The notes: generated from the sequence alone by a model not told the origin. A stretch of 64,000 nt of DNA from a virus (IMGVR_UViG_2545824688_000002:1-64000), one strand, 5' to 3'; shown: positions 29,043 to 38,149, counted from the first letter of the stretch. Numbers and translations are program-made.

Positions 29043-30746
29043 CTATAGCCACGCGGGCTTGTCGATTACTTTCTTCCGTCGGGAACTCGTCGCACCGTAC
29101 GCCATATGAAGGGCATCGGGTCCGTCGTCAAAATTGTGGTTTGGGTAAAGTTCGAACATCTCGATGAGCAGCCGTTGGTCGCGCTTGAACCGAATACGCC
29201 CGTTCTGAATGTCGGGCAATAACGATTCAATGCGGAGCGCTTTACGCATCCGTTGTTTTACTTCTTTCAACCGCCCGTGCGTCGGATACCCTTTCTTCCG
29301 CAGTTCCTCCGCCAGCTTGTTCGCGAACCATTCTTGCGCCTGCTGCGCCTCGACCGCGATCCCTTCGTACTGGAAACGGAGTGCTCGGTCGACGACCTCT
29401 TTCAGCAGGACGTCCGGATGAACTCGCTTCAAAAAGACGTCCACAACGTAACAAACGCCCGTGTCGCGGTTGCGGCCGAGCGTAATGATTGCGGAGTAAT
29501 CGCCTTTTTCTTTCCCCATCGCGAAGTCAATTCCGCAGAAATAGTCGAGCGTCAGGTAGCGCAGGTCTTCGTCCGTGTAGTACGTGAATTGCTCCGGTTT
29601 AAATATCTGCGATTCCTCGTCGACCGGGTTGCCGAGGTACTCCTGGTTGAAGGCTCGCGCCCCCATCGCCTCGCGCTTCTCCATGAAGAACTTATACGTA
29701 TACATTTGCGGCCACAAAGTTTGAGTTCCACGTAGCATTTCGGATTCATTGGCATTATAGAACGCGTCAGCCTTCTGTTTAGCTTCTGGGTCATCCGAGT
29801 TGTATATACGACGCCACTCTTCCCACAAGTCCTCGCGTTCTGACCACGACAAGATTGCCGGAAACTTGCGTGATACGAAGTCCTTACGCTTGGTGAGCAC
29901 ATGGTTGAGAAGCGAATCATAATGGACGATGGTTCCCATGTACACACAAATGCCACCGAATCCAAGTGCCTCCATCATTTCCGACCGGAACCAGTGGAGG
30001 TTCTTCGCGCGCAATTCGGGCGTGTTTGTATTCTCCCCGGACTCCAAATCGTCTAGCAGAAACAGGTCTGGGCGTGCTGACCCGTGACGGAGTCCGCGCA
30101 TCTGCGTTCCCATCCCCTTAGCTTCGACCTTTGTTCCGGTCGTTGTAACGAACTCATACTTGTTGTCAACGTCATTCATCGACTTCTTTTCGTGAAGCAA
30201 CGGTCCAAAATCCTCACGCAACTTCTCGTTGAGTACGAGTTGATTTCGCGTCCACTGGATAAAGTCTCCCGCCACATCCGTCGTTTCAGATACTTCGACG
30301 ATATATCGTTTGTGACGATAAACAACATTCTTGCACAATCCTCCATTGGAGAGATATGCAGTCTTTGCGTGACGACGTCCTACTGACCACGCAACGTTAG
30401 CTGATGTTACTCCACGCGCTACGTCGTCCAAGAGGCCACATAGCGTTCGGTGGAAGTCGGCGGCATCCTCAAGCCGCTGCCCCGCCGGAATGAGATTATC
30501 GGGGTTACCCGGATTCATGTCTTCCGAAAAATATTCGTAAACAAAGCGCAATAAGTCGTACTCGCAAGCATGAACGCGCTGGAGCTTCGTTAGCTCCGCG
30601 TCGAGCATCTCCCATTGGTCAACGTCGTAATCGGTCAAGTCGCCCGCGTCCGCTAGAAGTTTGTATTGCGCGATGAGTTCGATTCTACGGTCGATTTCGA
30701 CCTGTCGCGCAGGGCGGTCGAGCCATTTACCGTTGAGGAACGCCAA
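29043..30746 (-). CDS. Terminase large subunit
   Basis: GRRHAKT, LLDDLE, GTIVH, GIDFAMG, DDGPDAL. Confidence 0.93.
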   Translation of the reverse strand: MAFLNGKWLDRPARQVEIDRRIELIAQYKLLADAGDLTDYDVDQWEMLDAELTKLQRVHACEYDLLRFVYEYFSEDMNPGNPDNLIPAGQRLEDAADFHRTLCGLLDDVARGVTSANVAWSVGRRHAKTAYLSNGGLCKNVVYRHKRYIVEVSETTDVAGDFIQWTRNQLVLNEKLREDFGPLLHEKKSMNDVDNKYEFVTTTGTKVEAKGMGTQMRGLRHGSARPDLFLLDDLESGENTNTPELRAKNLHWFRSEMMEALGFGGICVYMGTIVHYDSLLNHVLTKRKDFVSRKFPAILSWSEREDLWEEWRRIYNSDDPEAKQKADAFYNANESEMLRGTQTLWPQMYTYKFFMEKREAMGARAFNQEYLGNPVDEESQIFKPEQFTYYTDEDLRYLTLDYFCGIDFAMGKEKGDYSAIITLGRNRDTGVCYVVDVFLKRVHPDVLLKEVVDRALRFQYEGIAVEAQQAQEWFANKLAEELRKKGYPTHGRLKEVKQRMRKALRIESLLPDIQNGRIRFKRDQRLLIEMFELYPNHNFDDGPDALHMAYGATSSRRKKVIDKPAWL

Positions 30747-30747
30747 A

Positions 30748-31203
30748 TCATACGTCTCCTTCCGGCTTGAGCGATTCCGCCCTTTCCTTTAGGCGTGCGA
30801 GGCGGTCTTCGAGCGATTGGACGGACGCGCTGTCATCGGTTACGACTTCCTGGCGGTCAATGAGCAATCCGCCGAACTTATAGAACAGCTCGATCCCCTT
30901 CATGGAGCCCTGCCCCTTGATCGTCATGTCCAGATGCTTCTCCATGATCTGCGGAAGGTGCGACATGAATGCGTCCGCCGACAGCTCGTTCGTGTACCGG
31001 ATGAAGTCGCGGTTATGATGACGCCACTTATACAGGGCGCTGACGGAGCATCCCGCCTGTTCCGCGATCTCATCGAGCGTCAGGCGGCCTTTTTCGCCTT
31101 CGGACGGATTGCGCGGAAGAAAATTGTTGATCGCGAGCAACCGGGCGGCTGCGATTTGTTCGCGGGATAGCTTCGCCTCTAGTTTACGGAGGTCTTTCGC
31201 CAT
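30748..31203 (-). CDS. Terminase small subunit (HTH)
   Basis: LSREQ..AA..L, EIAEQAGCSVSALYKW; directly upstream of TerL. Confidence 0.75.
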   Translation of the reverse strand: MAKDLRKLEAKLSREQIAAARLLAINNFLPRNPSEGEKGRLTLDEIAEQAGCSVSALYKWRHHNRDFIRYTNELSADAFMSHLPQIMEKHLDMTIKGQGSMKGIELFYKFGGLLIDRQEVVTDDSASVQSLEDRLARLKERAESLKPEGDV

Positions 31204-31409
31204 GTTATCGTCTCCTTTCGGTAGTTTGCGTGTGTTGGCGGGCGGTTCCGCCGTGTTTCGGGCATAAAAAGAAGCCACCGATAGGCGTCCGGTAGCTTCC
31301 GTTTAGACCCGAGGTTTTGAAATTTGCAAGAAAACGTCGGAGTCTTGACCGGCCCTTCGCAGCCGCCCGGCTTGGGGGCTTCGCGGTCGCGACCGGGGAT
31401 CGCCGCCGG

Positions 31410-31670
31410 GTCTGCATACGGCTGTATACGTTATGCATGTTCGCATTTTGTTCGAGTCCGATAATATGCAAACAGTAAAGTGTTCACAATTTCGCAAATC
31501 GACCGCAAACCCGCGCCACACCAACGTTTTTACCGTATCCCACCGTTTACATAACCCGTTATGCATACGCCATCAAACGTGCATAAACGGAAAACCGCGC
31601 CACATCAACGTTTATACATCGCTTGCATACGGTGCATAACCGTATATACATTGCATAACGGATGCATAAA
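31410..31670. repeat. Cluster of TGCATA hexamers and two ~23-bp direct repeats upstream of terS
   Basis: About 9 TGCATA/TATGCA; AAA(C/A)CCGCGCCACA(C/T)CAACGTTT near 31507 and 31591. Confidence 0.6.
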
Positions 31671-31866
31671 AACGGAGGCGCAGGCGGTCGTTTCCGTAGG
31701 AGGGTCGAAGTTTTCGGAGGGGTCGCGCGTGGAACGCTCTCGCGGATAAATCCGAGGTTATCGCGCCAACCCTTCGGTACATTCCGTCACACCTCCGTCC
31801 GCACTTCCGTTCGCGACGCTACATTATATGGCGCGGTGAAAACGGTGGGTATGCGGTGTGTACCGA

Positions 31867-32094
31867 TTACGTCCGCAAAAACGGTAACACCTCGTGCCTC
31901 TCGTACTCTGCATGCCTAACGCCCGTATACCGAATCTCCACCCGTTTGTGCCGCGTCCCAATACAGTGTGTGCCGTAAGGTTGCGCCCACACTTCTGCGG
32001 AAAAGTCCGACTGCTTGACGCCATTCTCCGCATTGATAGCGTCTGCTTCCGCCTGCGTGTCCGTTAGGATTCGCGTTCCTATATAACGTGGCAT
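31867..32094 (-). CDS. Hypothetical protein
   Basis: GGGAGG RBS plus ATG. Confidence 0.5.
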   Translation of the reverse strand: MPRYIGTRILTDTQAEADAINAENGVKQSDFSAEVWAQPYGTHCIGTRHKRVEIRYTGVRHAEYERHEVLPFLRT

Positions 32095-32442
32095 GGCCGG
32101 ACTCCTCCCGTCTCCAAACGTAATGAGCGCGGAACCAGGGCGGCCCGCGCGCGAATCGAGTACGTATATACTTCTTCGAATATGCTAAAGAGGAAATACC
32201 AAGCGCCCGGCCTATGGCCTTGCGCCCGATCCGGCTTGCGCCGTCTCGGTATCAGTCATCTCTTACCGCGTAATAATTACTTCGCGACAAAGGGATGATC
32301 GTGCAAGGCCCGTGGCCGCAGCACTCGGCGTTAGCCGAAATCTTCCCCGTTGTTACTAGAAGAAAAGAAGGAAATTGCCCGTTTTTGCGTCGAAAAACGC
32401 CCGAAACCCTTGTGGCTGTAAGGCGGAAGCCCTCTCGTCCCG

Positions 32443-32497
32443 CGTGCAAAAAAGGGGACGCATTTCCCCGGAATCGTGCAAAAAAGGGGACGCATTT
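32443..32497. repeat. Two perfect 23-bp direct repeats (iteron-like)
   Basis: CGTGCAAAAAAGGGGACGCATTT at 32443 and 32475. Confidence 0.85.
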
Positions 32498-32498
32498 T

Positions 32499-33371
32499 TT
32501 ACGCCCCTCCCTCGCCACCATCCACCTGCGCCTCGAACAACGCCCGCAACGTCTCGTCCGGCTCCCCGTTCTTCCGGTAGAACACGTACGGATTCAGCAC
32601 CGTAAGCGTCTCGCGTTTATCCGCGCCCTTCCATTCGCCAATGACGCCAGCCTTCCGTAATCGAGCGAGCGCCTCCTTCGTTTTCCCTTCCGCCATCCCC
32701 ACGATTTCGGCAATCTGCCTCTCGTTCAGAAACCGGATGTCGCCCGGATTCTCCGCGAACGGGTCTGAGCATATCACGTTCGTCGCGTAGTGGACGTTCG
32801 GCAGCAGTTTGTACACGAAGCCGAAGTCAGCCGCCGACAGCCGGAACCGTTTCAGCGCGGTAAAGAACGTCTTGATCAGCGCGTCCACGTCCGATCCCGC
32901 CTTCTTGCGGAAGTGGTACCGTTCGTTGATCGTATAACCCCCGTCACCATTCGCGAATACAATGCTACGCCGTTCCAGTTCGGCCACGACCGTTTTGGCC
33001 GTCCGCCTGGATACGTTCCATATCTTCGCGAGATCGTCGGTTGTGAGCGGACGCCCTTCGGAATCGTTCGTTACCAGGACGTTCATGCGATATTGGATGT
33101 GCGGTTGCAACATGAGAACGTAGCCGCAATACTTATTCGATAGCCCTTCCGTTATCTCGCGGATATTCCGCATGTTGGTGAACGAGAATTTACGTTGGTC
33201 GCGCTCGACCAACCGACGTTTGCGGGCGGCTTCGAGCTGCTCTAGCGTATAAATACGAAAAATACGGCCCGCTGTGTCGCGTCCGTATCCGTTGTTTCCT
33301 ACCGGTGTAATATCGCCAATTGGTGTGTTTCTTTTAATGCGGAGGACCCGCGTTCGCAGGGCGTTACTCAT
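32499..33371 (-). CDS. RepL-like / tandem winged-helix DNA-binding protein
   Basis: Two wHTH-like segments ending YTINERY and VLNPYVFY; iterons adjacent. Confidence 0.55.
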   Translation of the reverse strand: MSNALRTRVLRIKRNTPIGDITPVGNNGYGRDTAGRIFRIYTLEQLEAARKRRLVERDQRKFSFTNMRNIREITEGLSNKYCGYVLMLQPHIQYRMNVLVTNDSEGRPLTTDDLAKIWNVSRRTAKTVVAELERRSIVFANGDGGYTINERYHFRKKAGSDVDALIKTFFTALKRFRLSAADFGFVYKLLPNVHYATNVICSDPFAENPGDIRFLNERQIAEIVGMAEGKTKEALARLRKAGVIGEWKGADKRETLTVLNPYVFYRKNGEPDETLRALFEAQVDGGEGGA

Positions 33372-33618
33372 GCGCGGACACCTCCGCCTTAAACAACTTC
33401 GTCGGATCAATCGGCTCTATCGAAACGTACCCGTTGTCATAGTCGATAATTCGCGCATTGTCTCGCAAATCTACCGCACCAGACGCCTCTAGCCTACGTT
33501 CATAGCACGATTTACTCGCGCAAAATGGATTCGCTAAATAGGCTCGGTGGCAGCGGTCATTTATCTCATTTCCGCAGAATTTACACGTTAATTTCGGGTG
33601 ATTCCGTAGTTTTCTCAC
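33364..33618 (-). CDS. Small Cys-rich (Zn-binding) protein
   Basis: CKFC...FCASKSC. Confidence 0.55.
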   Translation of the reverse strand: MRKLRNHPKLTCKFCGNEINDRCHRAYLANPFCASKSCYERRLEASGAVDLRDNARIIDYDNGYVSIEPIDPTKLFKAEVSAHE

Positions 33619-33926
33619 ACTATCGACCCCTCATCGTTATATTCCCGATATTAGGTAAAACAGCGCAACAGGGACGCTTCGGGATACGTCCTTTTCGGCT
33701 GGCCGACCTAGCCGCGCTTTAGCGTCAGGTCACGCAAACTAAATAAGACGTCGGAATCACGTCCGACGCCCGATTAGGCTACGTACCAGTTCGTTATACT
33801 CCGTTAACCAATCCGCAGGTATCTCTTGTCTCGCAAGCAAGCGCAAGTCCATCGCGGAGACTAAATCGTCCAGCCTGCGTTCTTCCCAAAGGAATCGCGG
33901 CATGACTCCGAGAGGCGGGCGATCGC

Positions 33927-34271
33927 TCATTCGGACACCTCCGGCCGGAACGGAAGGAAATCGCCATTCTCGCGTACGAACCCGACCGGCTCGCCACGTT
34001 CGTCCTCGATCCAGCCACGGAAGCCCGCCGCAGGTGTCGTATACTCTCGCAATACCTTCAACGCTCGCACCGCCGCATCAGCTTCGCGCCTGAGCGCCTT
34101 CAATCCCGTTAGCGCGTCCGATACGTCTACGTTTACTTTGACGGTGAGATCGCGGCTGGGACCAACTCCGGTCGTTGGCGCGTATGGTCCACCGTTGTCT
34201 GCCGCAGAAATGACGCGTTCACCCGTGTGCAATTTCGCTACATAGCCGTTCGACTCACGCTTAATTCCCAT
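33927..34271 (-). CDS. Hypothetical protein with a tape-measure-like N-terminal motif
   Basis: GGGAGGTG RBS; GYVAKLHTGERVIS. Confidence 0.55.
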   Translation of the reverse strand: MGIKRESNGYVAKLHTGERVISAADNGGPYAPTTGVGPSRDLTVKVNVDVSDALTGLKALRREADAAVRALKVLREYTTPAAGFRGWIEDERGEPVGFVRENGDFLPFRPEVSE

Positions 34272-34610
34272 TTGGCGACACCTCCCGTAAAAAGTCGTCG
34301 ATAACGATTGCCCGGCTATATACGAAAAATATCCGATAGCCTTCTCCGCGTTTTTCCGTAAGGAAATCGTGCAAATCGGTTCCACGCGGAAGAAGAAACG
34401 TATCCATCGCGGAAAACACTTCTCCTTCTCGTTTGGACGCCAAGATCAGAAGGTGCCCGTCAGTCGGGCGGAATTTGTTTGACTCGCGCGGTTTATCCGC
34501 CATGTCACAACGCCCCTTCATTCGTTTATTTGGCGCTAAGATTCCGCGCCTTGACGCAAACAAAAAGAAAAACACCGGCGCGCGACCGATGTCCTTCGTT
34601 TTGATTACGG

Positions 34611-34796
34611 CTATTTCAAAGTAAACGGGATGCCCTTATCTAACTCCTCGTCATATTGGCGGATGCTGATCACCTTCAAATGTACGCGGTTCGGATGGTT
34701 CAAATAACGGTCTATAGCGGATCGGCTCCCGAACTTATGTTTATACTGTCTGTTTCCATGTCGCGGGTTCTCGATAATAACCACAACTGTTCTCAT
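34611..34796 (-). CDS. Hypothetical moron protein
   Basis: GGAGGT RBS; downstream of the leftward SigA promoter. Confidence 0.5.
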   Translation of the reverse strand: MRTVVVIIENPRHGNRQYKHKFGSRSAIDRYLNHPNRVHLKVISIRQYDEELDKGIPFTLK

Positions 34797-35102
34797 CTAC
34801 ATTACCTCCGTTCGAGACTCCGGCTGCTCTGCAAGGATCGCGTAAGCCTTTTCGATAGCCTCGTCCAACTCTGCCAGCAATTTCTCATACCATGCAACCG
34901 GCCGCGACTTCGGAAACTTACCGTACCCACCAATCGGAAACTCATCGACAAACCAGTCCAGCGCGGCAAATACTTTTACGATTTCGGGCGTAGTTCCTTC
35001 GCGCTCGCACTTTTCCGCGAGTTTGGCGAGGATTCCGCTATTTTTTACTTCAAGTGCGCGATAGGATATGCAGCAGTAAAGCGATTTTTTCGTTACTCTC
35101 AT
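34797..35102 (-). CDS. Hypothetical moron protein
   Basis: GGAGG RBS; promoter TTGACA-17-TATTAT. Confidence 0.55.
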   Translation of the reverse strand: MRVTKKSLYCCISYRALEVKNSGILAKLAEKCEREGTTPEIVKVFAALDWFVDEFPIGGYGKFPKSRPVAWYEKLLAELDEAIEKAYAILAEQPESRTEVM

Positions 35103-35120
35103 TTATTCCGCCTCCGTTTC

Positions 35121-35216
35121 GACCCGTTTATCGTGTCGTTCTTATGTCTCGATAATACACCGACCCATTTAACGTGTCAATAACTTTTTGACACTTTTTT
35201 CGTGTCGATTTATAAT
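35121..35216. promoter_or_regulatory. Divergent SigA promoters with three GAC(A/C)C-N7-GTGTC operators
   Basis: TTGACA-17-TATAAT (+, 35188-35216); TTGACA-17-TATTAT (-); operators at 35121, 35162, 35190. Confidence 0.85.
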
Positions 35217-35241
35217 CAAGGCATAGCCGGAGGTGTTCCCG

Positions 35242-35454
35242 ATGATTTTACGGTCTAACTTAAAAGCACTAGCCGAAGCTCGCGGCGTTTCCATCCGAGA
35301 AATTGCACGTAGTATCGACTATCGTTTCGATTCCGTCCGCGCCATGTACAACGACGAAATGGAGCGTTATCCACGCGATCTCCTGGCGAAACTTTGCGAT
35401 TATTTCGGCGTTACGGTTGCGGAACTGTTCGTTATCGAAAAAGAAAAGTGTTGA
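35242..35454 (+). CDS. XRE/Cro-family HTH regulator
   Basis: NLKALAEARGVSIREIA...LAKLCDYFGVTVAELF. Confidence 0.88.
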   Translation: MILRSNLKALAEARGVSIREIARSIDYRFDSVRAMYNDEMERYPRDLLAKLCDYFGVTVAELFVIEKEKC

Positions 35455-35479
35455 CACTCTAAACGAGTCAACTTACTAT
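35451..35479 (+). promoter_or_regulatory. SigA promoter with a fourth operator
   Basis: TTGACA-17-TACTAT overlapping GACAC-TCTAAAC-GAGTC. Confidence 0.75.
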
Positions 35480-35519
35480 GAAATTATACCTTAAATCTAT
35501 TTTGAAAGGTTGTGACTGG

Positions 35520-35732
35520 ATGCAATGGATGGCGAAATTCTTGATCGTTGGAGATATAATCACTCTTAATAGGCACGCGTACCGAATCCTGTCCATCTCG
35601 AAGGGGATTGGAGTCTACACGATGATGGTTGAATCAGTCCGTTACAGAACAGTAAAAGAAGCCTTGTTCTATCCGTCAGAATTTGTGTCTGTAAAGAAGG
35701 ACTCGGAGATTGTTAAAAATGAGCGCCATTGA
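35520..35732 (+). CDS. Hypothetical moron protein
   Basis: Behind the 35451 promoter; GAAAGG RBS. Confidence 0.5.
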   Translation: MQWMAKFLIVGDIITLNRHAYRILSISKGIGVYTMMVESVRYRTVKEALFYPSEFVSVKKDSEIVKNERH

Positions 35733-35734
35733 TT

Positions 35735-36295
35735 ACGGCTCAACAGCGCGGAAAGCCGGATCAAACCGGTGCCAGCCGTAAGCCAGCGTTCGAGCTCCGA
35801 AAACTCGCGGCACCTAGCCGTTAAGTCGTCCGCGATTGCTTATCGTCCTTTCGCACTGGCTAATCGGCAGAGCCATCTACTCGGACTATTCGGAGCCCCA
35901 ACGCCGGGCCCGTCATACACGGGCTCGTACGGCATCTGTTATTAAACGGTTTGAGGCGGGTCAAACGGCCCCATTTTCGGTGGATCGAACGGTCCTTTCA
36001 TAGCGGTATTCCTCCGTTTCGTCATCGTAGTGTGCGCGGTTTTCTGGCGGAAGATTCCGCAAGCAATACGACTTCAACCGCGCGAAAGCCGGACTCAATT
36101 CCGGACGATGCCGGTATGCCCGAACGGGACTGAATGCGTTTAGTGGCCGCAATGGGCGCTGTGCTTCGCAAGGCGTCAGAGGCACCGGACGCATCTCCCT
36201 GGCGCGCGCTCCCGAACTGGAACGCAGGGTGACGGATGCCTTTCCGTCCTCTTGCGGAGTCTTTCCACCTCCAATGTTAACTATCGTACGCACTG
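35735..36295 (-). ncRNA. Candidate structured RNA / leader region
   Basis: Dense hairpins, a duplicated ~30-nt motif and long-range complementarity; no convincing long ORF. Confidence 0.4.
35942..36001 (-). CDS. 19-aa micro-ORF MKGPFDPPKMGPFDPPQTV
   Basis: GGAGG-9nt-ATG, tandem TAA TAA stop, peptide repeat with synonymous codon differences. Confidence 0.6.
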   Translation of the reverse strand: MKGPFDPPKMGPFDPPQTV

Positions 36296-36298
36296 TCG

Positions 36299-36823
36299 CT
36301 AGTTACCGACCAAATACGTCACCACCTCGCCTGCCCGCGTATCCCTTGCGTATTGCCTTTTCCGTTCCGCGTTCCGTATCTTCGCGGCCCTATCCACGAA
36401 CACGTTCTCGTAGTTCGACCGTTTTCTCCGCGTTGGGACTCGGTAGTTCCGCCCGTCCGTGCCCTCGTAGTGCGCCGCATGTAACGGAGCACTCGCGTTC
36501 TGTCTCCGCGCCAGTTGTTGCTCGCTCATGATCGGATACTCCGTCCGCGTCACCTTATCCGGGTGGCTGTCCGTCAGTTCCTCGTACAATACCGCGTCCG
36601 CCAGGCGTTCCAACTCCGCCACGTCCGGTCGCTCGCCCGTTGAGGCTACGTATTCGTCCGTCAGGGCTTCGATTAGCGCCATCCGTTCGGAGCGCGGTAT
36701 GGGATTGGCGCGGTTGGACGCGGTGAGTTCGGATACGGCCGCAGAGAAGGCGGATTTGTAGTCGGCGTGGCCGCGGAAATAGAGCGTGTTTGTTTCGTTA
36801 TTTTTGCGTTTTATTTTCGTCAC
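36299..36823 (-). CDS. Conserved-type phage hypothetical protein
   Basis: LERLADAVLYEELTD.HPDKV...EYP.MS..QL; start may be ATA 36814. Confidence 0.65.
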   Translation of the reverse strand: MTKIKRKNNETNTLYFRGHADYKSAFSAAVSELTASNRANPIPRSERMALIEALTDEYVASTGERPDVAELERLADAVLYEELTDSHPDKVTRTEYPIMSEQQLARRQNASAPLHAAHYEGTDGRNYRVPTRRKRSNYENVFVDRAAKIRNAERKRQYARDTRAGEVVTYLVGN

Positions 36824-36900
36824 CCCATCGTTTTTATCGTTTACTTTCGTTACTTACGTGGTATAATAATCGTAAAAGAGGAGAAACGGAGGAGATTTAT

Positions 36901-37140
36901 TTGAGCCGAGTACAAATGTTTGATCGACTGATTAATTCGGATATGTCTGACCACGTTGTTGCTTTAAAAATGGGCGAATATCTCAGCCGCATACCTCAAA
37001 TTGACAGGAGCAGCCAGGAAGAACTCCTAGTCGCTTACTACGAGCGTTGCGTCAAGCACATAGACCGTCAAGTTTCTTTGACTAATGCCAGCGAGATACT
37101 CTGCCGTATAGAAAGAGAATATCTGTCGTCAATTCACTAA
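36901..37140 (+). CDS. Hypothetical moron protein
   Basis: TATAAT near 36862, GGAGA RBS, TTG start; lower GC. Confidence 0.5.
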   Translation: MSRVQMFDRLINSDMSDHVVALKMGEYLSRIPQIDRSSQEELLVAYYERCVKHIDRQVSLTNASEILCRIEREYLSSIH

Positions 37141-37571
37141 AACGCCATATCAGGCGTTATTTTTTTTTTCGCTTCCTCCTCCGTAGCCCTCCGCCACTGT
37201 TCCGCCCGTGACACTTCCCCGTAATTCCACCGCGCATACACCGCAGCCACCCGGTTCAATCCCGTTATCACCAATCGGCTCACGCGCTGCTTCCCGATCC
37301 CCATGCGTTGGCCCACGTCCTCCATCGTCAGGTCATCGACGTAGTACAAGCGCAGGGCCTCCGTCTGCCTCGCGGTCAGTTTCGCCGCCTTGATTGCGGT
37401 GGCCAGATCGATCAGCACGTCGCAGGCCGCGTAATCGCCACGCTCGAATCGGCGGGAGGCCAGCCGGTGCCAGTCGCCGAGGAGCGCGTCAACTCCGGTC
37501 CGGTCGTTTAGCGCGTACTTGACGTTGTACTCGCGGTGTCCTTTCGTTAAGTCAACGGCACACGCACCCAT
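37137..37571 (-). CDS. Sigma-70 region-4-like HTH protein (putative late activator)
   Basis: LTARQTEALRLYY..DLTMEDVGQRMGIGKQRVS. Confidence 0.75.
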   Translation of the reverse strand: MGACAVDLTKGHREYNVKYALNDRTGVDALLGDWHRLASRRFERGDYAACDVLIDLATAIKAAKLTARQTEALRLYYVDDLTMEDVGQRMGIGKQRVSRLVITGLNRVAAVYARWNYGEVSRAEQWRRATEEEAKKKITPDMAF

Positions 37572-37720
37572 CAGGCGGACACCTCCGTAATCAGGCGCTT
37601 ATCAACACATCGCGTCAATAGCTCGTCCCCTTTTCGTTTATTTTCGTTATCCTTGCATGTATCTCGCCTAATCGCGTATAATGGTACGTAACACGTTATT
37701 TGATCGGAGTGTGACCGTAC

Positions 37721-38149
37721 TTGCCGTTTATCGTATATAACTTTCGTTCGGGCGACGACCTGCCCGCCATTACCGTTGACCACTTCGGACGCCTCTATAT
37801 GAATTCGGCCCTCCGTAAGAAGCTTGGCGTTGTAAAAGGAGCACCGTTCAAGGCGCATATTGCGTACGACCCGGACACCGGCAATATCGGACTGGCACGG
37901 CCCGGCGAGGTCAGCGTCGGCGACGAAGTGGTTCCGGCAACCTTCGACCGCAACCGTTACTACGCGACCGTTCGCGGATTCATGCGGAGGTTCTCGCCCA
38001 AACTCGGAAAGTACGTCTATATCGAGCGCCAGAACAATTGGTACGCGTTCCGCCACCAGGAAACGGAAGCGCCGCCAACATTTACGGAGATGGTTCCGCC
38101 TCGGAAACGGACGAGGAAGAAGGCTGGGCCGCCGGAGCCGACGGAGTAG
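37721..38149 (+). CDS. AbrB-like swapped-hairpin protein (moron)
   Basis: ITVDHFGRLYMNSALRKKLGV; own promoter TTGCAT-18-TATAAT. Confidence 0.5.
   Translation: MPFIVYNFRSGDDLPAITVDHFGRLYMNSALRKKLGVVKGAPFKAHIAYDPDTGNIGLARPGEVSVGDEVVPATFDRNRYYATVRGFMRRFSPKLGKYVYIERQNNWYAFRHQETEAPPTFTEMVPPRKRTRKKAGPPEPTE

Noticed and set aside
28825-29052. Frameshifted or pseudogenised portal, or a separate 75-aa ORF
   Set aside because: The portal frame is continuous up to the ATC at 29014 behind a perfect RBS, so no frameshift is needed
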